Shown: positions 38,875-50,964 of the stretch, one piece after another
Position numbering within the stretch: the first letter of the stretch is position 1
Layout of the letters: the number at the start of each line of letters is the position of its first letter
Assembly: GCF_016433145.1 (NCBI RefSeq)
Contig: NC_058130.1
Span: forward strand, 333,668,577 to 333,732,576
Direction: 5' to 3'
Origin: Gracilinanus agilis
Taxonomy: Eukaryota
Length of the DNA stretch: 64,000 bases
Made by a program: the position numbers and the translations under genes
The notes under the pieces: model-generated
Database searches by the model: none
Told to the model about the DNA's origin: nothing
What the model saw: only the letters and a program-made list of their open reading frames with translations

Positions 38875-39065
38875 CAGGGGTCTACAACGTTGGCTCCCAA
38901 GCCATATCTGGCTCCACCTCCCTACCCGCCAGTCCTGGCAGAACCCCAGGATGTGCCCCAGGGGGCCCTTCAGTCCCCGCCCCATATTCCAGCACCTTCC
39001 TCCTCCATCCTCTTCCTTCTGCAGGCCTTTATGGCTCTCACTGCCAAAAAGGTTGCCCACCATTG
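38875..39065 (-). mobile_element. hAT MITE B of a tandem pair (same termini family as 36155)
   Basis: caggggtctacaacgt...aggttgcccaccattg; ttatagag on both sides. Confidence 0.85.
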
Positions 39066-39272
39066 TTATAGAGGATTTGGTGTCTTTCAACTACTCTGAG
39101 GTTTTTATAAAATGACTTCTTTGTTTTGTGTAGAAAATGTATAATATGCCAACTAGCATAATAGAAAAGTTGTACTATGTTAATATAGAGGAATAGCAAG
39201 TAAAATATATATATTGTTACTTTGACATATTTCATCAACATTTTTAATGTATAATATTTGTCTTTGTCATAG

Positions 39273-39429
39273 GGTGGGCCTATTCTAATAATAACAGGTC
39301 CTCCTGGATGTGGAAAAACAGCAACTCTACAAATACTAGTTAAGGAGCTCGGTATTGAGGTGCAAGAATGGATTAACCCTGTTTTTCTAGACTCCAGAAA
39401 ACATGATATGAAGGATGGGTTTAATCTTG
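39273..39429 (+). CDS. RAD17: RAD17 coding exon 4 (Walker A): GGPILIITGPPGCGKTATLQIL...
   Basis: 157 nt; donor G|GTGAGA. Confidence 0.97.
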
Positions 39430-40253
39430 GTGAGATTTATTTTGTTTTGGAAGGGAGAGGGGCACTTCTTTGTAGAAAGTAGATGGGAAGTTCATCCTGT
39501 ATCACATAAATACCACTACTTCTAAAAATTTTTCTTGGGTCTGAAGTTAAAGAGTGTTGTCACCAAAGCTGAGTTCACATTCTTCTTCGGGGACCTAAAG
39601 AGGGTTGAATTTAGAGTTAGGATGAGGGTTCAAATCTTAGGTCTATCCCTGACTACTTGTGGGACCTTGGGAACTATCTCTGGACCTTAGTTTCTTCCAG
39701 CTCTAAATCTTTTATCTTATCAACACATTCAGGGTCATAGTAGTGACCAGGGCAAGTTACAATTGTGCTTTCCTTTCTCTCAACACTATTTGATCATGCT
39801 ATTTAATGTTGAGTAACATGACAAGATGATGGAGGAGTATTCCAGGATATTAATAAGATTATTTTGACTGGCAAAGAAACCTCTCATAATAGAGAATTAA
39901 GGGCTTGGGGGTGGGGGGGATGAAGACATCATCATCATCATCATCATTATTATTATCTTAATTATCCAGAAACCCACCTGCATTAACTTCCATTCGTTAA
40001 GGGTAGTTTGTTTTTGTTTTTACCTTTTTACTTTTATTTTTCAATTAACAACAACAAAAAAAAAGAAAAGAAAACTTCCCTCTTGACCCAAATGAATAGG
40101 TGAATTGAAAGACAAATGTTTAATTGTGAGGGATGGGGTAAATCTTAACTTAAAGTCCTCAGATGTGCTTGACATACTTGGGAAAGGGAATAGACAAACA
40201 AAGATTGTTCTTAAAATCTTAGAGCTGAGATGGACCTTAAAAGTCATTTATTT

Positions 40254-40680
40254 GGGGCAGCTAGGTGGCTCAGTGGTAGAGAGTGAGCCATAGAGATGGG
40301 AAGGCCTGTATTCAAGTCTGGCCTCAGACTCTTCCTAGCTGTTCTACCCTGGGCAAGTCACTTAGCCCCTACTACCTAGCCCTTACCACTTTTCTACCTC
40401 GGAACCCATTCTTAGTATTAATTCTTTCTTTTTTTTTTTAAATTATAAACCCTTACCTTCCATCTTGGAATCAATACTGTGTATTGGTTCTAAGGCAGAA
40501 GAGTGGTAAGGGTAGGCAATGGGGGTCAAGTGACTTGCCCAGGGCCACACACTGGGAAGTGTGAGGCCAGATCTGAACCTAGGACCTCCCATCTCTAGGC
40601 CTGGCTCTCAATCCACTGAGCTACCCAGCTGCCCCCCTTAGTATCAATTCTAAGACAGAAGGTAAGGGATTTTAAAAAGT
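40254..40680. mobile_element. Plus-strand SINE with a minus-strand SINE (40426-40636) inserted in its tail
   Basis: 15-bp TSD cttagtat(t/c)aattct at 40411-40425 and 40637-40651. Confidence 0.88.
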
Positions 40681-40885
40681 CATTGATTCTACACCCCTGG
40701 TCATGGGAAAGGGGTAGAAACTGGCATCCATAGAATTTAAGTGACTTTTTTCCAAAGACATAGGTAATAGAGCAGAAGCTAGAAATCACAATGTCTTTTG
40801 ACAGTTTTTTACTGAACAGTTGAACAAGAGGGACATCATTTGTGTGTTTTCTGATTTGTTGACAAGAAAAATGCTTGCTTTTCAG

Positions 40886-41022
40886 AATCAAGTTTCCACA
40901 TGGTTCCTAGTCAATCTCAGATGACTATTTTTCAAGAGTTTCTGTTGAGAGCAAATAAATATAACAAACTACAGATGCTTGGTGATTGTCTGCACACTGA
41001 TAAGAAGATTATTTTAATTGAG
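40886..41022 (+). CDS. RAD17: RAD17 coding exon 5: ESSFHMVPSQSQ...KYNKLQMLGD...KKIILIE
   Basis: 137 nt; KYxxL motif and the start of Walker B. Confidence 0.96.
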
Positions 41023-41032
41023 GTAAAAAAAA

Positions 41033-41033
<1 letters not shown>

Positions 41034-41090
<57 letters not shown>
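41034..41090. repeat. (TG)28 microsatellite
   Basis: Counted directly; starts 12 nt after a splice donor. Confidence 0.95.
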
Positions 41091-41098
<8 letters not shown>

Positions 41099-41506
41099 CT
41101 CAAAAGGCTATACCTACCCCCAAAACTTGGTTATTTATTTCTTGTCTGATTGTGATGACACTGACATGTTAAGTAGAATTGATGTTCAGATATAAAGCTT
41201 AGGCTTATGTCATGTTAGCAGTCCTAAATAATTTATCATTAATAGAAGAGATACAAATGTCTTAATTGTAGAATTAGATAAATTTTAGTGTAGGACACTT
41301 TCTGTAAATACTGATTTATAAATGAGATTCCTAATGACAGATGGATACTTTAATAAACTGTATATCCTACATTTTCCTAGTTCTTTTGGAACATAAGTTG
41401 GAACAAAGAATTTAAGTGAGTTGGAAAGAGGTTTTACTTGGTAATTGTCTATCTATAACATACATATGCAGTTAGAAATGGATAATTTTTATGCTGTTTT
41501 CAATAG

Positions 41507-41559
41507 GATATGCCTAATCAATTCTATAGAGATCCAAGTACTTTACATGAAATATTAAG
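41507..41559 (+). CDS. RAD17: RAD17 coding exon 6: DMPNQFYRDPSTLHEILR
   Basis: 53 nt, AG/GTAAG. Confidence 0.95.
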
Positions 41560-41643
41560 GTAAGTTTCAGTGACATTTACTAGAACTTCAAATTAATTGA
41601 AATAATAATTACAATCTCTAACTTTTCCTGCCTATCATTTTAG

Positions 41644-41769
41644 GACATTTGTGAGGCTAGGTCGATGTCCTCTTATATTTATAATCTCTGATAGTCTTAG
41701 TGGAGCCAGTAGTCAGAGATTATTGTTCCCCAAAGAAATCCAAGAAGAATGTTCCATATCTAACATTAG
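41644..41769 (+). CDS. RAD17: RAD17 coding exon 7: TFVRLGRCPLIFIISDSLSG...SISNI
   Basis: 126 nt after an 84-nt intron. Confidence 0.95.
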
Positions 41770-41867
41770 GTAAGAAGATTTCTTTGTGTCTCTTGTAGCA
41801 TTCATAAAAGGAATGTAACTTTAGAATGTCATTAACCAGTATTTTTCTTCCTATAAACTTCTGACAG

Positions 41868-41937
41868 TTTCAATCCTGTGGCACCAACAATTATGATGAA
41901 AGTTCTTAGTAGAATAGCAGCAATAGAAGCTAATATG
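41868..41937 (+). CDS. RAD17: RAD17 coding exon 8: FNPVAPTIMMKVLSRIAAIEANM
   Basis: 70 nt after a 98-nt intron; FNP sensor motif. Confidence 0.95.
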
Positions 41938-42109
41938 GTAAGTTTCAAATATTGATTACATTTATGTGGTAACGACATTTTTAAAAGTATAATACTTTTC
42001 ATTTCTTATTTAAATTTCTCTTTTCTGGACCTGCTGCATTATAAATTATATCTATTACATTGATTGTACTAAGAAGTCAGCATTTCCTTTTAGGTATTTT
42101 CTTTTACTT

Positions 42110-42285
42110 TCTTTTATTTTTTTTTTTAGCCCTTAACTTCTGTGTATTGGCTCCTATGTGGAAGGCGTGGTAAGGGTGGGCAATGGGGATCAAGTGACTT
42201 GCCCAGGGTAAACAGCTGGGAAGTGAGGCCAGATTTGAACCTAGGACCTCCCGTCTCTAGGCCTGACTCTCAATCCACTGCCCCT
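42110..42285 (-). mobile_element. Young SINE1_Mdo-type copy
   Basis: cccttaacttctgtgtattggctcc...gggtgggcaatgggg. Confidence 0.85.
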
Positions 42286-43573
42286 AGGTATTTTAGAGAG
42301 TCACTTAATTACTCATTGTATCCTCCATTAAACAAATTACTAACCCAGCTATTTACAAAAGCGTCAGAAATTCTGTACATTGGAAATTAATTGATAGACT
42401 GTCATAATATAGTTTACAATCTCTTGCACACTGGCCTGTCAATTTAACCAACAGACACTTCTTAGGTAACTATTCTAGGTTCTAAAAAACCAATTCAAAA
42501 AAATTAATAGTACCTGCCTTCAGAGAACTTATTAGGTACCCCATTTAGACAGATATTTGAATAGAAAGTAATTTCAATTTGAAAAGAGAAAAAACATAAA
42601 CATCTGGGAGAAACAAAAGGCTTTTTTTAGGAGTGTTCACTACCATGCCCACGGAGCAGAAGTGATGAGAGTGTTCCAGATATGAGAAAACATTTGGACA
42701 AACACACAGGCAGAAGATGAAAGGTTTTGTCAGGAAGAGTAATAAGTGCATTTTGACTATAACAGAGTACATTAAATGAAATAATATGAAATAAAACTGG
42801 AAAGGAGTAGATGAGAGCCACATAATAGAGGAGTTTCAATGGCAGGATGAGGATTTTGTCATTTAGGCTATAAGGAATCATTGAAGATATTGAAGTAGGG
42901 AAGTGACGTGGTCACATCTATATATTATATCAGTTTGGCAGCTATGAGTAGGCTGAACTGGGAGAAGGAATACTGGAATAAGGGAAACCAGTTGGCTAGA
43001 GATTGCCCTGGTGAGAGGTGATAACCTGAATTAGAGTAGTAGCTGTTATGTAGAGAAGGGGACAACATGAGAGGTTTTGTGAAAGAAGAATGAAGACAAT
43101 TTGGAAATGAATTGGGCATGGGGAATGAAGAGTGAAAAGTTGAAGATAACTCCAGTATTGCTAACTGATGGTACTTCAACATATATAGGTTAGTTCAGAA
43201 GAAGGAAAAATGGATTTATGGAAAACAAGATGAGTTCTATACCATGCGGAACTAAAGATGTCTTTGGAACATTGGCATGAATGTCTCTCAGGCAATTGGA
43301 AAGTCAGGACAGAACCTTCATATGAAGTTGTGTTGGGAAACATATGGTAGAGCAGCTATACTAGCCATCCCTCCTGTAGCATTCCCCGATTTACCGAGAT
43401 AGAAATGATCTGTATCTTTCTTCACTTTTACTTTTGTCCTAGACATCTCCTGGTTGATGACTAGGGCCAGGGACTCACCAGTCAGGAGAGGATCTCTGGA
43501 TAGAGGCATCTCTAGGATGAGAAGTAGGGAGGTAGAACAAGGGGTAAATAATATTGACCCTTAATACTTAGGA

Positions 43574-43786
43574 CTAGAGTTCTTTAACTTGGTGTCCATG
43601 ACCTTTTTCTTTTTAAACATGCTCATAACTATTTTGGTATACTTTGTTTCCTTAGTATAATCCTATATATTTTATACATTAAAAAAAGTTATTCTGAGAA
43701 GGGGTCCATAGACTTCACCAGGCTATCAGAAGGTAGGGAGAGCCATGCACATAAAAAACAAAAGAAGAAAAATTAAAGAATCCCTG
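43574..43786 (-). mobile_element. Ancient hAT-Charlie-type MITE
   Basis: attctgagaaggggtccatagacttcacca core with degenerate TIRs; related to the 49051 copy. Confidence 0.65.
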
Positions 43787-44164
43787 ATTTCAGAAATTCT
43801 GCTCTGAGGTTGCTTGAGGAAACTTTAGACTTCAAAAGTTTACAAGTTGTGGCTTCTTAATTTTTATTCTATTATTTCACATAATAGAAACATTATTTTA
43901 AAATAGCATAACTGAAGTAAAGATAAAAATAATTAATACTCTGGAATTTATATTAAATTCAACATGAACTTATTAGGTGTCTATTTTGTTTAGGGCACTA
44001 TTAATATAATTAACTGGAAGGCATTATTGCATTTGTATTTGAATAATACCTTGGCAGGTAATTCTATAAGAATCTCTCAGTCTTTTCTTGTGTACAGATA
44101 TGTCCCTTATTTTTTTCACTAGTTCAAAAAATAATGTTGATTTTTTCAATTTCTCTGACTTAAG

Positions 44165-44276
44165 AATGGAGGAAAAATTGCTGTTCCTGAGAAGCCAGCT
44201 TTAGAGTTGCTTTGTAAAGGATGTTCTGGTGATATAAGAAGTGCAATAAACAGTCTCCAGTTTTCTTCTTTTAAAG
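44165..44276 (+). CDS. RAD17: RAD17 coding exon 9: NGGKIAVPEKPALELLCKGCSGDIRSAINSLQFSSFK
   Basis: 112 nt; GDIRSAIN sensor-II box. Confidence 0.96.
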
Positions 44277-44919
44277 GTAAATATAGATATAAGCGTAGAT
44301 GACATTTTCTTGGTCAGTTATGAAGTGAAATAAAATAGTAAAAATATTTGAGCATTTTAAAATTTTATTGCTTAGTCCCTAAACAACTGAAATATAACCT
44401 AAGTTTTTACCTTTAAAAAATGGAAATGTCCAATGTAGCTATACTAGATGATAAAGGGAGTGTTTGTGCACAAACCTCATCTACTTTGCTTGGTTTAATA
44501 CCTAGCTCTCTCGACATTTCAAGGACTACTTCCTTGTAGGAGCTGTCAGACCATACTTTGGTTGAACGATGGAATTATTCCATCCGTCTATTTTATGAAT
44601 TAATTATTTTATTTAGATTGTACTTTTTACAACCATATATTTTATTTGAATTTATTTTATTGAATTCCCTTATTATGTATTAAAAAATGCTAATGACTTT
44701 GAATTGTCGAAAAAAAAATTTTAATATACTAGTGTATTTTTATACCAGTATATTTTGTATATACTAATAGAAGAAAGCTGGATTGAATTCATATGTGCTA
44801 CACATGATAATCAAGCAACAAGTTGGTATTTAACATTTCTAAGTATTATAGGCTGCAAAATAATCATGCCTTTTTCACCTTAAAGTAATATATATGATGT
44901 TGAGATATATATATATATA

Positions 44920-45390
44920 TATAGTTTTTTTTTCTTTGTTTTTTTTAAACCCTTGTACTTTGGTGTATTGTCTCATAGGTGGAAGATTGGTAAGGGTGGG
45001 CAATGGGGGTCACACAGCTGGGAAGTGGCTGAGGCCGGATTTGAACCTAGGACCTCCTGTCTCTAGGCCTGACTCTCACTCCACTGAGCTACCCAGCTGC
45101 CCCCTATATATATAGTTTTAAACCCTTACCTTCCATCTTAGAATCACTACTGTGTTGTGGTTAAAACATAGTTCTTAATGGCCCCATACCATTTGGGGAA
45201 CTTTTTTTTTTTTTAAACCCTTAACTTCTGTGTATTAACTTATAGGTGGAAGAGTGGTAAGGGTAGGCAATGGGGGTCAAGTGACTTGCCCAGGGTCACA
45301 CAGCTGGGAAGTATCTGAGGCCGGATCTGAACCTAGGACCTCCCGTCTCTAGGCCTGACTCTCAATCCACTGAGCTACCCAGCTGCCCCC
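44920..45390 (-). mobile_element. Cluster of young SINEs (44920-45104 and 45206-45390)
   Basis: TSDs tatatatatagtttt and atttggggaactttt. Confidence 0.85.
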
Positions 45391-45499
45391 ATTTGGGGAA
45401 CTTTTAAAACTCTCAAGAATATATTTTAAAAGTTCCTAGAACCCCACACATTGAACTTTTGTGGGGTTTTGTTTGCTTTTTAGTACCTCCCAATGAGAG

Positions 45500-46790
45500 A
45501 CATCCCAATATAAATCTGACTCTTTCGTTTGAGGAATCTCTGTAGTTTTAGGGAAATGGAGTGTGAGTCAAATATATAGAGAGAATGGTTTAAGAAGAAA
45601 ATAAGAAAAGAAAGGTCTAGGGATGAAAAATATTCTTAACAAAAGACTTTTATAAGGGTTAACTTCACATGTCTTAAGGGCATCTTACTGAAGATATTAG
45701 AAGGAAATGGGCAGACTTACACATGTTACTTTACAGCCAAACACATCTTGGAAATTATGTAATTGATTGAAGGATGTTAGAAAATACCAGACCCCACTGT
45801 GCTTATTATTCAGTGATCATAAAAAGAATCTGATTCTGTTGAGAAAAATGCCACCTTCAAGACTCTTCTGAAATAAGGTGTCTCCTAAGTATAAGTCAAA
45901 GGAATAAAAAGCTTCAGATACAAGGTTTTTTTCTGATAATCTTCTGACCAGCGAAATATTAAAAACAGAGAAATATATGAATAATGTGTGTAGGATGGTC
46001 CAGATAGAAGCTAGATCCCCTGATGGTAAGATCCTTTAGATGCTCCTGTTTGAAGATGATATTATACTGATCTTATTTACACTGTAGAGCCTCTTCAGTG
46101 AGAGACCTAATCACTCAAGAGAATCTAGTCTAACTCCACATAAGAAAAGCCATGTGAAAGGAAAGATGCCTCTTGTTCAGACTGTGGTATGAAGATGGAT
46201 AGATGGCCTGTAGAGCTGATCCATCAATTCACATATCTTGGTCAAACATAGCAGGATTTGTGATGCAGTGGTAAAAAACATTAACTCTGAAACTGCTAGT
46301 TTGTCCTTGGAGAAGTCACTTGGCTTCTCTGTACCTTAGTTTCTTCATCTGTAAAATGAGAAGAAGGTTCAAGTATATTGTCATGGAGACCCTTTCCAGC
46401 TCTTAAAAGTCTTTAAAAGTATTATATGTATGGCCTTTAGTCAGTTATGCTATACTTTCAATGACCCCAAATTTTTCCTGGAGGGGAAAATCCATCTTTT
46501 TAATAGCATTTTTTCAGTAATACTGTGGCTGAGAATCATGAAATATGAGTCCAAATAACTACAGGTTGCTCAAAGGGCAGTAGAAAAGTGCGTGGTGGGT
46601 ATGAATAGGCTGAAATATATTACTAGCAAAGAATTGAGGACAAGAAAAGGAAATGAAGAGGTAGCAATATCCATGGTGCAGCCCAAGAACCCATTGGTGT
46701 CCATTCAACATCAAGAGATCTAGAAGAATACCTCCAGCCAGCAAATGGTTTTTAGGAGTGTATGGACATGATAATGTGTTGAATTATACA
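45500..46790 (+). mobile_element. Degraded RTE-clade LINE RT region interrupted by a MIR-like element (about 46255-46400)
   Basis: MLLFEDDIILI at 46040-46072 resembles the RT FADD box; RTE-like 3' segment at 46500-46790. Confidence 0.6.
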
Positions 46791-46902
46791 CTTACGTAGT
46801 CACATTGATGATTTCGTTTGTATTCATTTTTTAATTGAATATTGTCAGGTATAATTAAGTATCATTTCTGTATATTTGAATTTTTTTGTTACTTTATTGC
46901 AG

Positions 46903-47097
46903 GTAATTCTGAGGAGACCAATTTTTGGTCAAGGAAAAAAGGGATGTCTTCATTAAAATCAGATGTCTTGTTGTCAAAAGCAAGGCAGAGAAAGAGACCT
47001 GATAGTACTTTGGAAAACCAAGAAGTTCAGGCAATTGGTGGCAAAGATGCCTGTCTCTTTCTTTTCAGAGCTTTGGGAAAGATATTATATTGTAAAA
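46903..47097 (+). CDS. RAD17: RAD17 coding exon 10: GNSEETNFWSRKKG...GGKDACLFLFRALGKILYCK
   Basis: 195 nt, phase 1/1; donor A|GTAAGT. Confidence 0.94.
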
Positions 47098-48554
47098 GTA
47101 AGTAAGGAGCCTTTATTCTTTGGTATTTTAAGTACATGAATGTTTACTTAATAAAAAACTAGGTTTATAAATATTAATACATTAACAGTGACATTTGGTT
47201 GAATTTGTTAATCAAGAAGACACTACAGATGTGAACTTGAGCTTTCATTTGTTTATTCAACAAACATTAATGTTAGCTATAAATAATAATTTACTTTCTG
47301 TGAGGGTAAATACTACCAGTGTTCCCAGTGAATCATGGGACTTTTACTCTTTTAATATAGCTCTTTAATATTAAGATAATAATCTATTTAGGTGAGATGG
47401 TTTTTGTTCAGCAACCTAAGCATTTTTAGTGACCAAGGGTTTGCTACCAGAGTCATAGGAATTTTTTTTTTAGTGCTCTTACTCTGCTCTTTTAAATTCC
47501 TCTTTCATCCAGTGTTATCCAGAATTCACTGTCCTTTTGCTACCTTTTTATTTTCCAAAGTCCCACCACTCCAGAACTCTGCTTGGACTTGCCTTTCCTA
47601 ATCTCCCATATTTTTCTTCCTTCCCTTACCTCTCGTTTTAGGAAAAATATCAATTTAAACATCCAGTTAAAGTAATTGACAGTATAAAATACAGTATAAA
47701 TAACTAATATCTGTGAGGGAATGATGTTGTTCTTTGATGCTGTCAGAGCTGTTGCTGATTCCCAACTCTTAGCTTCTGTCTTAGATTCTCTAGTTTCTTA
47801 AATTATAGGAGTATAAGTTGCTACCTCCATTCCTCACCTTTAGATCTCCTTGATTTGAAATATTTTGAACTTTTAATTGATTATGGCCATGGTTGTAGAA
47901 TGGTCACTTGGTGTACAGCTTAGACTTTTATTGGCAAATTTGGTAGTTGTGTCAGAAGGAAAACTTTTAACTTGTGGATTAGAATGCAATATTTATACCT
48001 GGAATTTTGAATACTAAAGGAGAGTTTCCCTTTTAGTCAAAAGAAGGACTCACCTGAAGTTAAAAGTTAATCCATTAAACTTTCTATGACTTAGGACTGT
48101 TATAACAAGTCATTTCTTGGCCCTTAATCAATTATCCCTATACAGTTTATTAGTTTGCCATCATTTCTTGGTATTCATAGATAATCTCAGTTAACCATAT
48201 ACTTAATAGTCCACAGCTTGAATGATTTCTTTTTTGAAAAGTTTTAGAAAACCAGATACTTTTGAAGGCAAGACACAATGGGAAAAGTGCTAAACTTAGA
48301 TTCACAGACAAAATTAAATGCTGTTGATCTAACTTCCATTTCAGTGATTGTAAAATTTTTAATAGCCCTTCTAGAGGAAAAAATAGTTTTATAAGTATTC
48401 TTATAAATACTCATAGTTAGAAAATAATAAATAAGATCAGTTTTAACTTTTCATTTTTCATATTGACCTAATGACAAAAACAAAATAGTACAGATTCCTT
48501 TGATAACTCATTGAATCTCCTTTTAAAGGATACTTTTGGGTTTCCACCAACCTT

Positions 48555-48755
48555 TTTTTTTTTAACCCTCCCATTGTAGAGTTGTAGAATAAATACTTTG
48601 TATTGTTTCTAAGGCAGAAGAACAGTAAAGGCTAGGCAATGGGGAGTTAAGTGACTTGCCCAGGGTTACATAGCTAGTAAATGTCTGAGTGTAGATTTGA
48701 ACACAGAACTTCCTGTATCCAAGCCTGGCTCTCTATCCACTGACCTACCCTGCCC
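48555..48755 (-). mobile_element. SINE1-type element
   Basis: T tail, aggctaggcaatggggagttaagtgacttgcccaggg. Confidence 0.8.
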
Positions 48756-49050
48756 TCTCACCTAACATTGTTTTTAAGTTTTAAAATAACTTCAGATATT
48801 GGACTTTTAAATACTTGGTGTCATTTCTGATTCAATTTTAACTTAATTATAAAACAATAGTAAGCATAGTTTGATCTGTTATTTATTGCTCATTTTGTTT
48901 ATATTTCAGAGTATATGTGATTTCATTGATATAATTCTCTTCCTCTAGTGCTACAGAACAAAATCAATCCATATTTTTTTGATCATTGCTACTACTTCTT
49001 TTAATGTTTCATATTGGTTCTACCTTGTATGTTAAGTGCTTCCTCTGGAA

Positions 49051-49188
49051 CAGGGGTCCTGATCTTTTTTAAATCATGGACCCCTTCTCAGAATGTTATT
49101 TTTAAATTCATAAATAAAATACATAGAATTGAAAAAGAAACCAATTATTAAAAACACAAGTTCATGGATCCTAGGTTAAATATCCCTC
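49051..49188 (+). mobile_element. Ancient hAT-Charlie-type MITE (internally deleted)
   Basis: caggggtcct...ggaccccttctcagaat...aggttaaatatccctc; TSD ctctggaa/ctctaaaa. Confidence 0.65.
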
Positions 49189-50159
49189 CTCTAAAAGCCC
49201 TTGGGCCATTCATCTTTCTCTCTTGCTATTTGAGTGGTCCACTTACTTTTCTGACATATTTATGTTAAAAATATCTTCTATGTTGCTTTCTTGTGCACAG
49301 CTCATATTTGTCAAGATGTTGCAGACTATGTCTACTCATGTGTCTTTTCAATTGCCCTTAAGGAGGGCCACATTCTTGATTTATTCAAATATTCTAGTAT
49401 TCCATCAGTCACAGCTGAGCTTCACTCTAAGCATATAGGTACTAAAAAACAGGTGATTCTGTTTTATGGAAAAGCTTTGAGTTACTGACAAGCCTGTGCA
49501 ATTTCCCAAATATAATCCAATTTGTTCTTTTCTTCTTACTCAATTCTCATCCCAGCGTACTGTCCTGTTATATTTTTGTTCATGACATATGTACTACTGG
49601 ATCAACTCCACAGGGGCCCTGATTTATCTGCACTGCATAGTCTGGACTAGATAGTATCAGGAGAGAGCAATTCACTTAAGCTCCTAGATCCTGACTTTGT
49701 TGCCTAATGTATAAAATAGGCTTATTATATGAATTATGATATTTAACAACTTGGTGAGTATTCATATATTAGTACCTAGTTCCCATTAGGTACTGCATGA
49801 CCACTCTCAGCTGACTGCTAACTTTTGTTTCCATGTTCACCTTTGCCAGAGATATCCTAGAGCCTCATTCCATTGTGATTCTGGGACTCACTGGTCTCTT
49901 GGTCAAGGACCATCTGCCTGCCATTGATTCCCAAGGTCCTTAGGGTCCTGCCATCTCCCCTGCAACATTCCATAGGAACAATATGGCATTTTCATGAACT
50001 ATGGACAGAATTCTTTCTTTGTTATTGTTTTTACAGGGTGAGCTCCTTAAGGTCAGGGACTGTCACACTTTCCTATTGATATTCCCAGCACTTAGCAAAG
50101 TACTTGATAAATAATAAGCACTTAAATCTATCTTCAGTAAATGTGGAAATTATTTACAG

Positions 50160-50245
50160 GAACACCTCTAACGGAATTGGAATTTCCTCGATTACCTTCT
50201 CATTTGTCAGAATATGAACGGGACCTGTTACTTGTTGAACCCGAG
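50160..50245 (+). CDS. RAD17: RAD17 coding exon 11: RTPLTELEFPRLPSHLSEYERDLLLVEPE
   Basis: 86 nt. Confidence 0.96.
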
Positions 50246-50338
50246 GTAATGACACTTGCAATTATGGATTTAAAATAAAACATTTTTGACCACTACCTTT
50301 CTATTAATATACTTAAATATATATTTCTAATTGACTAG

Positions 50339-50485
50339 GAGGTTGTAGAAAAGTCACACATGCCTGGAGAGCTGTTTAATTTATACCTTCACCAAAACTA
50401 TGTAGATTTCTTCACTGAAATAGAAGATCTTGTGAGAGCCAGTGAATACATGAGTTGTGCTGACATCCTCCATGGTGACTGGAAT
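50339..50485 (+). CDS. RAD17: RAD17 coding exon 12: EVVEKSHMPGELFNLYLHQNY...DWN
   Basis: 147 nt after a 93-nt intron. Confidence 0.96.
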
Positions 50486-50964
50486 GTAAGACTAATGTTT
50501 TGTTTAATTGTTTCCTTATATATAGGAAGGTGGAACACCTTAGGTTTTTTATCATTTGTAGTAAACCATCAAAATGTACATTGAAGTTTTAGAATTGTTT
50601 CATATTTTGTTTATGACAACAGTAACACTAGAATTAGGAAAGCTGCATATACATCAAATGATTGTTTGTTTTTTTAATTTGACCAAGATTTCCTTTACCA
50701 TCTCAATTTGATATGAAGAAATTTCAGTAACTATTTTGAGGGATAATGTAAAATGATAACTAGGAAAAAACCACTTTGGATGTTTTGAAATGATTCTGGG
50801 AGGTTTTTCTTCTTGATACTGTGGAATTTAGATAATTATTATATTTAAATTCCACCACACACCACAGTGATACTCAATCTTTTATATCACGAGTACTTTA
50901 AATTGTATCTTAAAGCATGTTATATGCACAATCTAATTTGATTGCATATCATTTTATTTCTTAG

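Noticed and set aside
40900-41172. ORF with a CVCVCV run
   Set aside because: RAD17 exon 5 read through its donor into the TG microsatellite.
44568-44584. Palindrome gatggaat-t-attccatc
   Set aside because: An 8-bp arm is expected by chance in 64 kb, and there is no RNA-gene context.
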